Below, in pieces: positions 40,176-50,127 of a DNA stretch of 64,000 nucleotides (its first letter is position 1; the number at the start of each line of letters is the position of its first letter). The notes under the pieces are model-generated. The model was not told where the DNA came from, ran no database searches, and saw only the letters and a program-made list of their open reading frames with translations. The stretch covers positions 32,001 through 96,000 of the forward strand of contig RDOB01000007.1 of assembly GCA_011364965.1 (NCBI GenBank), given 5' to 3'. This DNA comes from Candidatus Heimdallarchaeota archaeon (GTDB taxonomy: Archaea; Asgardarchaeota; Heimdallarchaeia; Hodarchaeales; Hodarchaeaceae). The position numbers and the translations under genes were made by a program.

Positions 40176-40370
40176 TAGTTACACCTTAAATTTGATCATT
40201 TTGAACTAATTTTATCCTAATAATTTCATTTTACATTTATAATATTTTTCAGTTTAAAGAGTGGGAAACTGGGTTTAGAAAATAAGACTGAAAAATCAAA
40301 TTCTTATTCTCCTGAGGTCTCCCTGTAATTCGGAGCGGTTAAAACTCCTTACATCCATAAAACAAATTCC

Positions 40371-40664
40371 TTAGCGGACAACTTTATTGATCTCTGATCC
40401 CAAGATCAATGTCGCGGCAATGTCATCAACAGATTCTCCTAAGGTTTTAAAGTCCTCCATTTTTTCCGACATTGTCTGTTTCATTGCTTTAAAGACTGCA
40501 TATTGCTTATCTATTGAATATTTAGAATAGATACTAGATGTGACTAAAATTGCTGCAATTCGTGCAGTTTTTCTTGGATCTTTCTTATAATTTTTGTCAT
40601 CAGCTTTCATAATTTCTTGTAATTTTTGGAAACGATCGAATACATCTAAATATGCTTCACTCAT
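40371..40664 (-). CDS. hypothetical protein
   Basis: ORF preceded by GGAGG SD; no recognised motif. Confidence 0.65.
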   Translation of the reverse strand: MSEAYLDVFDRFQKLQEIMKADDKNYKKDPRKTARIAAILVTSSIYSKYSIDKQYAVFKAMKQTMSEKMEDFKTLGESVDDIAATLILGSEINKVVR

Positions 40665-40909
40665 ACAAAATGAGCCTCCTATAGAAATTTTTTATGGGTT
40701 TGAACTTGTATGGGAGGAGAGAACCAGACTTTGTGGAAAAGTTTACCTAAGCATAAAAAATTTTATTGTTAAATAGAGAGGATAATTCATTTGGATATAT
40801 GAATAAATCACCTTTCTACTAATGATATCGAACCCTAACTAATTAATCGGAAAACTATAGACATTTATTCCTTAAGTTAACAGTTTAATCATATTAATTC
40901 AGCTCAATT

Positions 40910-41380
40910 ATGCCGGAAAAACCTATGCTTACAGAAGATGAGTGGTTAGATAGACTAGCTATTGAGGCTCAAGAACTGGCTCGTGAACAGCCAACTTTTC
41001 GCCCTGTAAATAACGATTTAACTCATTGGAGAGGGGAGATTTTAGGATCAGGCCTTTATGAAGGTGGAGTCTTTTTTATTGAGATCCACATCCCAAGGAA
41101 GTACCCATTTGAACCCCCAAAAGTGCGTTTCAAAACACCAATTTGGCATGTAAATATTTTCAAAGAAAAAGTTTGCGTGGGTATTTTAGGAAAGGATTGG
41201 AGCCCTGCTTACAGTTTAATCCAAGTAGTGGAAACAATAAGGTTTCTATTGAATAGTCCGAATCCTGATGATCCTCTTAATGCTGCTGCTTCGCGTCAAT
41301 GGAAGCGAAATCGTGAGGCATTTATTGATCAAGTTTCAGACTATATCACTAAATATGCCCACTGGAATCAGAGTTATTAA
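40910..41380 (+). CDS. ubiquitin-conjugating enzyme E2
   Basis: YEGGVF, YPFEPPKVRFKTPIWHVNI, catalytic VCVGIL, WSPA, PNPDDPLN. Confidence 0.96.
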   Translation: MPEKPMLTEDEWLDRLAIEAQELAREQPTFRPVNNDLTHWRGEILGSGLYEGGVFFIEIHIPRKYPFEPPKVRFKTPIWHVNIFKEKVCVGILGKDWSPAYSLIQVVETIRFLLNSPNPDDPLNAAASRQWKRNREAFIDQVSDYITKYAHWNQSY

Positions 41381-41402
41381 ATGCTGTAAGATTAGCTGTA
41401 AG

Positions 41403-42431
41403 TTATACACCACGATGAATCTCACGCTTAACTGCATATTTTGGTGGGTGTTCTAAACGAGCAAAAACATGTTCAGCACGAGTATCTTCTTGTAATCGTT
41501 TCAACCACGATAAGTCCTCTTCTGATTCTAATCCCCAGACAAACAGTGCTTTTTTATATCCAGTTTGCTCATATAAAACTGAGCTACGAATAGCACGAAT
41601 AAGTTGTTCCCATCCAGAAGTATCTGGTTCTGGATACATGGGGGAATATGGCATTATATGATAGATTACATAACCACTAATTTCGATAATCTTATCTAAG
41701 GAAATGCCAAAATGACGGGTAAAACCTGCATTCCATTCAGTTTCTGGATCAACTGGAACTATCATTCCAACATTGAGTCCAGGTTGTTCGGTTTTAGCAG
41801 TTTCCACAGCTTCACGAAAAGCAGTTGTAATCAATTCCGCACGCCATTCTTCAAACATTTGCATTACATGTGGTGCTTTTTGGATGTCAATATATGTCGT
41901 ATCTAGGCTGACTCCTGAAATTTCAGAAAACTTTCGAATACTCCGTCGTGAAAAAGAATATTCTTGACGAGGGTAAAGAAATTCTTGAAAGTTCAGGGTT
42001 TCTATGGGATGTCGTGAAATTTCCCTCGCGATGTGATTCATATGTTTCCAATAACCTTCCATGGAAGGATCAACATAATCATGCACTTTTGTTCCATCAG
42101 AACGTACGATAGAATAATTACCATCTTGGCCTAAAAACGAATCTCCAAAAGCGTACGCAATTGCATGAGTTCTAATTCCCAGATCGTTTGCTAGTTCAGT
42201 AAAATCCGTAAAAAATTTTTCATAAATTGGATCGCTAGGAGCTGCCCCACTTCGATAGGTAACATACCCATCTTCCTTCTTACAGACTATAGCGACTTCT
42301 TCAAGAACTCCACCATATTCTGCTAGGAATGAGTTGGCTCCAGCAGCAGCAGGAGACTCACGAGCTGTTGGATCGATCACAGGAATAAATTTTTGATTAA
42401 TTAACCCATCAATATTCACTTTCAATAACAT
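41403..42431 (-). CDS. hypothetical TIM-barrel (glycoside-hydrolase-like) protein
   Basis: K.EDG...Y.S, LGIRTHA, VDPS and WRAELIT resemble GHL-type barrels. Confidence 0.5.
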   Translation of the reverse strand: MLLKVNIDGLINQKFIPVIDPTARESPAAAGANSFLAEYGGVLEEVAIVCKKEDGYVTYRSGAAPSDPIYEKFFTDFTELANDLGIRTHAIAYAFGDSFLGQDGNYSIVRSDGTKVHDYVDPSMEGYWKHMNHIAREISRHPIETLNFQEFLYPRQEYSFSRRSIRKFSEISGVSLDTTYIDIQKAPHVMQMFEEWRAELITTAFREAVETAKTEQPGLNVGMIVPVDPETEWNAGFTRHFGISLDKIIEISGYVIYHIMPYSPMYPEPDTSGWEQLIRAIRSSVLYEQTGYKKALFVWGLESEEDLSWLKRLQEDTRAEHVFARLEHPPKYAVKREIHRGV

Positions 42432-42847
42432 CCATTGCGAATCCTAATTTTTTAAATCTAATGAGGAAATAAATGCATTTCCGTATCATAAATATTGTTT
42501 GGTCTCGTAAGATAATCTCATTTGTTGAATTAAAGGCAAAATATTCTCGCAGGGATTATCCATAATTATGCTTCTTATTTGTTATTATATTTTATTTATC
42601 TTTTTTATTAGTAAACTAAACTCTACTAATTAGAATTTTTAAACCTAAGTTCTATTATTTAATAAGCAAAAAAATAATTAAATCATTTCTAGTTTCGATA
42701 GAAGTCAATTTTAGTTTGCTAAAATAAAAACCTAAACACAGACTTTTATTTCTCCTCCCTCAACGAAAAGGATTAAAAAATACTCATTCTAAGACAGAGC
42801 GATTAGCATTATATAATACATTTAATTAAGAATAAAGGTGATAACTT

Positions 42848-43795
42848 ATGAGTAGGATCATAGAATGGAGCCAAGGGGTTTATCGATTTATAGATGACGT
42901 TGGTAAGGGAGGTGAGGAGTATGCCAGCTATTTGGTCCTAGGTGATGATCAAATTGCCCTAATTGACATTCCAACGCGCTCTCTAGGGAAAGATATAATT
43001 TCTTACGTCAAAAAAATAGGACGAGATCCCTCCGCGATTAAATATTTGGTTTTAACACATTCTCATCCTGATCACTGGGCAGGAATCGATTCCTTGGCGA
43101 AAATAAAACCCGAAATCTGGATACATGAGGCGGGGATTAAAGCTTTGACCGAGGGGCAAAAATATATTCTGCAAACCCAGTTCCATCAAGCCTCACGGTT
43201 CAGTTTAGCAATGAAATCCTCTCTATTCTCCAAAATCAGTAAAATTGACGAAAAATTCATCCATCCTTTTTCTAGCAGTGAAACACTTGAGCTTGGAGGG
43301 GAATCACTTATTCTTCAACATACTGGAGGGCATTCTGCTGATTCCATTTTAATTCAAGCATATCGGGGACAATGCACATTTATTGGAGATGAAGGTAATA
43401 TTTATCCTGATCAGCCTGCAGCTTTCTATTTAGACGCAACAGGAGATTCTAAAAAGCGCTTAAAACTTCTAGAACTTCTTAAAAATGTCCGTACAGAAGT
43501 GATTTGTCCTTCTCATCAAAGTCCTGTTCCGAAACCTACCGACATGTATATTCATAACCTAATTTTCGAACATAATCACACAAAAGATACATTATATGAT
43601 CTTTTACTAAGTGTTGGGCAATCAAAAGTACATTATCTCTCTGAGGAGTATCAAAACACCTTGGGAATATCTTGGAAAACGCCTTTCGATGAATTGGGTG
43701 TTGCTGAAACCACTGTTACCGTTTTCATGAATGAGCTGAAAAAAGAAGGAAAAGTGGATTATGAATCGCATAATGAACGCTGGAAAGTAGTGTGA
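42848..43795 (+). CDS. metallo-beta-lactamase-fold hydrolase
   Basis: THSHPDH, GGHS, GD, PSH. Confidence 0.92.
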   Translation: MSRIIEWSQGVYRFIDDVGKGGEEYASYLVLGDDQIALIDIPTRSLGKDIISYVKKIGRDPSAIKYLVLTHSHPDHWAGIDSLAKIKPEIWIHEAGIKALTEGQKYILQTQFHQASRFSLAMKSSLFSKISKIDEKFIHPFSSSETLELGGESLILQHTGGHSADSILIQAYRGQCTFIGDEGNIYPDQPAAFYLDATGDSKKRLKLLELLKNVRTEVICPSHQSPVPKPTDMYIHNLIFEHNHTKDTLYDLLLSVGQSKVHYLSEEYQNTLGISWKTPFDELGVAETTVTVFMNELKKEGKVDYESHNERWKVV

Positions 43796-43807
43796 GAATA
43801 GTACCAC

Positions 43808-44254
43808 TTATTCAGTGAACCAAGCAGATTCTGATACTATATCGATATCAATAGAGATCCATTTTTCTTCAGGATGACCTTTTTTTGTCTCTAATAATAA
43901 TCTGAGATAAATAAAAGTTTCAGGCGAATAAAGGTAAATCTCCCATGAATGCCCAGAAATAATTTTAAACTCTTTATAACCTGTATTACTGATATCTCCA
44001 GATGTAATTGTGAAATGGATTACTTCTCCCTGAATTTCCTCCAATTTAGCTTCAATTACATTGAGAAGTTCAGGAATTAGGTACTCTAGAGGAGTTTCAA
44101 AAGATGGGTGAATATTCCAAGAGATTATTGTATTGTTATTTCTTTGCTTTTTTTTTACCTGATGGGTTCGACTTCTATCGTAATGAAACGAGGCTATTTT
44201 TGATTCGATTATAGTTACCAACTGCTTGATGACGTCTTGTTCATAAGTATCCAT
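43808..44254 (-). CDS. hypothetical protein
   Basis: Last gene of a three-gene minus-strand operon containing the RING gene. Confidence 0.65.
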   Translation of the reverse strand: MDTYEQDVIKQLVTIIESKIASFHYDRSRTHQVKKKQRNNNTIISWNIHPSFETPLEYLIPELLNVIEAKLEEIQGEVIHFTITSGDISNTGYKEFKIISGHSWEIYLYSPETFIYLRLLLETKKGHPEEKWISIDIDIVSESAWFTE

Positions 44255-44265
44255 CTTGGAACCTG

Positions 44266-44598
44266 CTATAAGGGCTGTTTACAATAAGGACAGTACTTCT
44301 TTGTCGCGAGCCATCTAAGCATATGCTCTTGGTGAGCTTTTTGATGGCAATTTGGGCATTCCATAATTTTATCTACATCTTTATAAGAATCTATTGGTTT
44401 CCAACATATCATACAACGAATTTTTTCAAATGGATCCCATTCACCAATTGTTTTTCCTTTTAAAATGAATCTTGTTTGATTTGACTTATTTTTCGTCAAA
44501 CTAGCCCAAAACGACCTATCAGGAGTTGAATTTTTACTCATCAATTGTGAAGGACGTAAAATATATTTATTATTCTTATAAGACATTGTTTTATCCAT
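44266..44598 (-). CDS. RING-finger protein (putative E3 ligase)
   Basis: CMIC...CPNC...HQEH...W....CPYC. Confidence 0.85.
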   Translation of the reverse strand: MDKTMSYKNNKYILRPSQLMSKNSTPDRSFWASLTKNKSNQTRFILKGKTIGEWDPFEKIRCMICWKPIDSYKDVDKIMECPNCHQKAHQEHMLRWLATKKYCPYCKQPL

Positions 44599-44971
44599 CC
44601 TTATCGATCTGATCATGCAATTTCTCAAGTATTATAGCGAGTTCTTCTTTTAATGCAACTAAATCTGCTTTTTCGATCATTAGATAAGATGAAGCTTCTG
44701 ATTGTAACTCTTGCACTTCCTTCTCCTTTTTGGCCATATAATTGACAAGATTGGCTATTGAGTTGCCAATCGAAGACAGGATATCACTTTGTTTGTTAAT
44801 TATTTTATGCAATTCTACTATCTGTTCATTTATTCTTGAGAAGTCTTTTTCAAAATCAGTTGAATCTGGTTTTACTAAATTTATAGCTGTTTCGAGACCT
44901 TTGATCGTAGGTACTTCCCCTTTAGGAGTCTTAAGGGTTTCGATTTCAACTTCTCGGGACTCTTTTACCAT
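44591..44971 (-). CDS. coiled-coil hypothetical protein
   Basis: Heptad-rich; overlaps the RING gene start. Confidence 0.65.
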   Translation of the reverse strand: MVKESREVEIETLKTPKGEVPTIKGLETAINLVKPDSTDFEKDFSRINEQIVELHKIINKQSDILSSIGNSIANLVNYMAKKEKEVQELQSEASSYLMIEKADLVALKEELAIILEKLHDQIDKDG

Positions 44972-45196
44972 TTGCTTTCAATTTAATACAAAGCTAGTTG
45001 GATTACAAAAAGATAATCTTATTGAGTAAGGGAAAATAAGCTAAGTAAGTTTTTTTCAAAATGCCTTCGAATGGAATTTCTTTTAAACACTGATACCTTT
45101 AATGGTAAATTGAAGCTCAGATATCACTTAATACAGTGTTAAATCCTTTTTTTCGTAAATAATTTTTAAAAAAATCTTATAAGGGTAGATGTATGA

Positions 45197-45766
45197 ATGC
45201 AAAAAAAGACAGATGAAATCTATTCTGTTATTTTACTCGGAACTAGCGGAGTAGGTAAATCTACTATTGCATTCTACCTCGAACATGGCTATCCCCCTCC
45301 AAGGAGCATCCGTCCTACAATTGCTTTTGGAATAACGCATATAGTTATAAATGGAGCGGTTTTAAGCTTAATTGATGTCGGAGGCCAGAGAAAATTTCTA
45401 GATATGCGTTTTCATGAACGATTTGTGAGAAGTGCTGACGGTTTGGTATTTGTAATGGATAGTTCACGGAAGGACTTCAAAGTGGACGAGGAATGGCTTC
45501 ATCATGCTTTAAGTTTAATGTCTCCCGACATTCCAATGATCGTAATTGCTAATAAACAGGATTTACCTTCTGCTTTATCTCCAGATTTCTTGGAGGAACA
45601 CTTACTGCGTGATACCTTGAAAAATCATTTTTATAAGGTTTTTGGAACTGTTGCTGCTGATCCCGGAGGCGTTCGCAGTGGGGAAAACGTAGAGTTAGCT
45701 TTTCATTACCTTGCCACAGAGATGAATTCTAAAAGAAAAATAATCTACCAAAAAGAACAGATTTGA
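45197..45766 (+). CDS. Arf-like small GTPase
   Basis: GTSGVGKST, PT, DVGGQ, VFVMDSS, ANKQDL. Confidence 0.9.
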   Translation: MQKKTDEIYSVILLGTSGVGKSTIAFYLEHGYPPPRSIRPTIAFGITHIVINGAVLSLIDVGGQRKFLDMRFHERFVRSADGLVFVMDSSRKDFKVDEEWLHHALSLMSPDIPMIVIANKQDLPSALSPDFLEEHLLRDTLKNHFYKVFGTVAADPGGVRSGENVELAFHYLATEMNSKRKIIYQKEQI

Positions 45767-45781
45767 TGAGAGGATAGATTT

Positions 45782-46570
45782 ATGTTCGAAAAAGTGCGTG
45801 TAACTACGGGGATTCCTTATCTAGATGCTTTGACCCAAGGAGGATTTATTAAAGGCAGTACTAACCTCGTAATTGGACCTGCTGGAGCTGGGAAAACTAT
45901 CTGTGGACTCCATTTCCTCTTGGAGGGTGCTAAAAAGAATGAAAACGGCTTACTTGTTGCTATGCAAGAACCCCCTTGGGCTATCAGACGAGATGCAAGT
46001 AATTTTACTTTTTTCGATCATAATTACTTTGTTGAACCAGAAAAGGTAGTTATGTTAGATTTCACACCCTCTGGCTGGGAATTATGGGATCCTGACAGCT
46101 TATCATATGCTGAAGGATCAGAAATGATATTAGAGGCTGAAGGAGTACCTTATGACGAAACTTCTCTTCCAACTTTTCTACATAAAGTCTTTTATCACAT
46201 CTCTGAAGTAATTGAAGAAAAGAAAATAGAAAGGGTTGTAATAGATCCCCTGGCTGCATTCCGGTTTTATGATTATGGGAATGATTATGGATTCCTCAGA
46301 AAACTCACTACAGGTTTCCTTACAAATATAGCTTCATTAAATGTTACTACTGTTGCTATTTCTGAATTAGCAAGTAGTTCAGAGCAATCTCTCTTTGGAG
46401 AGGAGTATATTGCAGATTCTATTTTTCATTTAGATATGCTTTCAGTAAGAGGGGAGCTAGTGCGTATCCTTCGTATAAGTAAGATGCGTGGGACAAACCA
46501 TTCCACTAAAACATTGAGGTATAAAATCACAAATAATGGGATAACTTTTATTGAACCAGAAGATGAATAA
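45782..46570 (+). CDS. KaiC-like (RAD55-family) single-domain ATPase
   Basis: TGIPYLD...GGF, GPAGAGKT, RVVIDP, ISKMRGT.H. Confidence 0.92.
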   Translation: MFEKVRVTTGIPYLDALTQGGFIKGSTNLVIGPAGAGKTICGLHFLLEGAKKNENGLLVAMQEPPWAIRRDASNFTFFDHNYFVEPEKVVMLDFTPSGWELWDPDSLSYAEGSEMILEAEGVPYDETSLPTFLHKVFYHISEVIEEKKIERVVIDPLAAFRFYDYGNDYGFLRKLTTGFLTNIASLNVTTVAISELASSSEQSLFGEEYIADSIFHLDMLSVRGELVRILRISKMRGTNHSTKTLRYKITNNGITFIEPEDE

Positions 46571-46668
46571 AGATACCCAATAACTAGGGATTTCATTCCT
46601 CATTCAAAGCATTTTAAAAGTAGATATTAGATTTCAATTATCAAATTACTAGACCGAAGGAATGAAAA

Positions 46669-46902
46669 ATGCAAATTACCATTGTTCAAGCCATTGGCGG
46701 CGGAGAAATAACTCTGGATTGTGAAAAAACAAACTCAATTGCTGCGATTAAAGATCAAGTTGCCCGAGAGAAAAAAATTCCTGCTCGCTCCGTCATTTTA
46801 GTATTCCAAGGAAAACAATTAGATGAAAGTGAAACATTGAAATCTGCTGGAATAGAAGATATGGACAAACTTTACATGATCACACGGACAACAGGAGGAT
46901 AG
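46669..46902 (+). CDS. ubiquitin-like protein
   Basis: MQITI, LVFQGKQL, TL...GI, ends RTTGG. Confidence 0.95.
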   Translation: MQITIVQAIGGGEITLDCEKTNSIAAIKDQVAREKKIPARSVILVFQGKQLDESETLKSAGIEDMDKLYMITRTTGG

Positions 46903-46935
46903 ATTTTAAAATAGTTTTTTCTCGTCCTACTCCAT

Positions 46936-47931
46936 ATGAGCGGGAGATACCATAGACAACAATTAATTGATAAATGGGATCAAGAAAAGGTTACTGAAAG
47001 TACAGTAGCAATTATTGGGATGGGAGCTTTAGGTACGGTCGCTGCTGCCTCACTAGCCATGGGTGGTGTGGGTCATTTAATTTTGGTTGATTTAGATACA
47101 GTTGAAATAAGTAATTTAAATCGGCAGTTATTCTATCGAAGTACGGATGTAAATAAACCTAAAGTTGAAGTAAGTGCAAAAATTCTAGAGCAGATTAATC
47201 CTGATATTAAAATTACTCCGCTCAACATGCCAATTGAGGAAGTTTCAACAGAAATTTTATCAAAATGCAACGTAATTGCTGCAGGTCTGGACACATTTCA
47301 AACTAGAAGATGGGTTAATTCCTTCGTTGTGTCTCACAACATTCCCTTAGTTTCTGGAGGAATGTATGGCTTCTATGGAAATATTCAGGTTATTATGCCA
47401 AAAGAAACAGCTTGCATAGAATGTCAAACACTCATTCCTGAACATGAATTACAAAAGGCTTGCACACCATTCGGGGAGGTTCGAAAAGCAATTAGAGGGG
47501 AAGAGGAAGTAGATGCATATCAACCTGCTGTATCTAGCGTTTCGTTTGTTATTGGGGGTTTAATGGCTCAAGAAGTATTTAAAATAGTTTTAGGACTAAA
47601 ACCTCTTTCTGAATACTTATTCTGGGATGGAGATGCTGGAGTTTTTACTTCCTTGGCATTACAAAGGCGTGAAAATTGTATTATATGTTCAGATCATTAT
47701 CAACTTCGCGAAACAATAATTCACTCCCCCTCAGACCAAACCCTCCTAGATTTTGCCAATCAATTGCGCTACTCCTTTAATCTTGGTCCAAATATGCGAA
47801 TTCTCTATAAAGCTAAAGAAATCGCTCTTACAAGTGATTACATGAATACAATTTTCCAATCTGGAGCAATTTTTCGTGTAGTTGACCCTTTACTCTCTTT
47901 CCCGGCCAAATTCAAAGTAATTTTGGATTAA
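46936..47931 (+). CDS. ubiquitin-activating enzyme E1
   Basis: RYHRQ, GMGALG, DTVEISNLNRQ, CIEC, catalytic ACT, CIIC, C-terminal UFD-like region. Confidence 0.93.
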   Translation: MSGRYHRQQLIDKWDQEKVTESTVAIIGMGALGTVAAASLAMGGVGHLILVDLDTVEISNLNRQLFYRSTDVNKPKVEVSAKILEQINPDIKITPLNMPIEEVSTEILSKCNVIAAGLDTFQTRRWVNSFVVSHNIPLVSGGMYGFYGNIQVIMPKETACIECQTLIPEHELQKACTPFGEVRKAIRGEEEVDAYQPAVSSVSFVIGGLMAQEVFKIVLGLKPLSEYLFWDGDAGVFTSLALQRRENCIICSDHYQLRETIIHSPSDQTLLDFANQLRYSFNLGPNMRILYKAKEIALTSDYMNTIFQSGAIFRVVDPLLSFPAKFKVILD

Positions 47932-47955
47932 AATACCCTTACTTTAATCTTTTTA

Positions 47956-48702
47956 TTAGATTAAAGCAGGTAGGAAATAGAATACAATGAAAAAAAATGC
48001 CACAACTGCTCCAATACCATAGGAGTAATATCGATTAAGGAGATGTAAAGATTGTATTCCATTTCCACAATGATAAGCAGAAAGGCCTATAAAGTATAAA
48101 TATATTAAATCAAAAAAAACGTAACTTCGCCAAGTATCTGTACTAATTGTTGATATCCCCGGACCAATAATTCCGATTAATAAACTCACAACCAAGGATC
48201 CCATTATTAGTGGTCCTAAAGAATACCCGACTAGTCTATTGGTAAAACGAAACCCTGCTTTTCCTCCAAGTAATTTTGCTATTAACCAAATTGCAATGCT
48301 GACTGCATACCATCCAAAAAGCGCAAGAGGAAAAAAAGCAATCCAAATTATTAATGGAGCTAATAAAAAATACCAGAAATGAAAATCATGCCATGAAGGG
48401 TTTGCAGCTTTAAGGGCTAATGCTCCTAGCCTCATTGAATAAGTAATTGAGATTAAAATCAGAACAATAAAAATCCCCTTCCTATCAGGATTGACTGCGA
48501 TCTCATTAAAAAGACGTGGACTAAGTCTAGGATCATATAGACTCCGAAAGATGCGTAAAAAGCTTTCCCGAAGCGTAATATTTGTTCTTTCTCTAGCTCG
48601 AACGATTTTAGTCAGGTCGTACCCACAATAAGGACATAGAATATATCCACCAGGACTTCTTTCACTGCAGTTTGGACAGACGATCGATTCGGAACTTGAC
48701 AT
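47956..48702 (-). CDS. zinc-ribbon plus Yip1-domain membrane protein
   Basis: CPNC...CPYCG; LYDP...F; AKLLGGKAGF....LVGYS..P; 5 TM. Confidence 0.8.
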   Translation of the reverse strand: MSSSESIVCPNCSERSPGGYILCPYCGYDLTKIVRARERTNITLRESFLRIFRSLYDPRLSPRLFNEIAVNPDRKGIFIVLILISITYSMRLGALALKAANPSWHDFHFWYFLLAPLIIWIAFFPLALFGWYAVSIAIWLIAKLLGGKAGFRFTNRLVGYSLGPLIMGSLVVSLLIGIIGPGISTISTDTWRSYVFFDLIYLYFIGLSAYHCGNGIQSLHLLNRYYSYGIGAVVAFFFIVFYFLPALI

Positions 48703-48879
48703 TAATCTTACCTCTTAGGGAAGCTTACTACTATTTTTTCGTATTTACTATTCTTAACCATTTCCCAACTGAGTATTTGCCAAACCCTTTCCAGAGAAAC
48801 CTTAAAAGCACTTTTCAATTCTCAATTAATACTTACTTACTTTTGGAAAATTTAACATAATATTTGGAGTGTAAAACAC

Positions 48880-49899
48880 ATGAGTGATTTTCTTTTTGGA
48901 CCTATTGGTGAAAAATTACTGGAATTAATACAAAGCTTTTCTAATCCCGTTTTAGATTTATATTTTGGCATTATTACAACCCTAGGTGATACCCTACCGA
49001 TTCTTATCATAATTATTCTTCTTTATTACACAATTAATAAAGAATTTATAAATAAAGTGATTTATGTACTTATTTTTTCTGCTCATTTGAATACTGTCGC
49101 CAAAATTATCTTTCATAACCCAAGACCGTTTCAATATGATATAAAATACCAAAAAATAACTAACGTGTTCGGTATGGAAACTACGTGGAGTGCTGGGGGA
49201 TATTCTTTTCCCTCAGGACATTCAAACACGCAAGGCGCCTTTTGGGGATATGTTTTTTCCCGCTATAGAACACCAGTATATATAATATTAGGATTCCTCC
49301 TTCTTACCACCATCCCACTTTCTCGAACATATCTTGGAGTTCATTGGCCTAGTGATATACTTATAGGAGTGTTATTTGGATTATTAATAGCTTATTCTTT
49401 CCTATATGCCGAAAAAAGGTATGGTGAGTCTCTCCGCAACCAATCAAATGGAAAAAAGATAATATTAGGTTTTTGCGCAAGTTTTGGATTGTTAATCCTT
49501 GGATTAATTGCATTATTTTTAGGTACAATATTACCATTCAATCAACAGATCTTGATCACTGATCCTTTTGTTTGGGATGAGGCAAATATTGGAACATATC
49601 CTGGAATTCTTGCTGGGTTTATTGCTGGGCAAGTTTTAGAAAAAAAATATGTGGATTTTAAAATCAGAAGAGAAAATAAAAAAATCATTGCTATACGTTC
49701 AATAATTGGTTTAGTCACAGTTATTGTGTTATATTTGGTAGCTGGAAAAATTGAGGATCTTGCTACTGAGTTTTCAGATCAAATTGCTTGGAGTACAACG
49801 ATAGCTAATTATTTCTCATATCTATTGATTGCTTTCTTTTTAGCATTTATAATCCCGTGGATATTTACAAAAATCGAATCTCTTATTTTTTCTGATTAA
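48880..49899 (+). CDS. PAP2-family lipid phosphatase
   Basis: K......PRP, SFPSGH, SRTYLGVHWPSD. Confidence 0.93.
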   Translation: MSDFLFGPIGEKLLELIQSFSNPVLDLYFGIITTLGDTLPILIIIILLYYTINKEFINKVIYVLIFSAHLNTVAKIIFHNPRPFQYDIKYQKITNVFGMETTWSAGGYSFPSGHSNTQGAFWGYVFSRYRTPVYIILGFLLLTTIPLSRTYLGVHWPSDILIGVLFGLLIAYSFLYAEKRYGESLRNQSNGKKIILGFCASFGLLILGLIALFLGTILPFNQQILITDPFVWDEANIGTYPGILAGFIAGQVLEKKYVDFKIRRENKKIIAIRSIIGLVTVIVLYLVAGKIEDLATEFSDQIAWSTTIANYFSYLLIAFFLAFIIPWIFTKIESLIFSD

Positions 49900-50127
49900 T
49901 TACCCTTTTCTTTTTCCTTTTTTTAATTTTTATAGTTAAGATTCGGTTTTTTGAATAATTTTAGACCTCTAATTTAATATGTCTCTAATTATCATCACTT
50001 TCGAAAAGAAATACGACTTTTTCTGAAAACTTCACCTGAATTGAATTTTTTAGTAAATGTAAACCCTTAAAGTAGAAAACTGAATATAATCACCTCGAGA
50101 ATAATGTAAAATTAATAACGTTTAAAT

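Noticed and set aside
40301-40360. Small hairpin downstream of the 40371 gene as a SECIS-like element
   Set aside because: No AUGA/GA core and no UGA-containing ORF in the right position.
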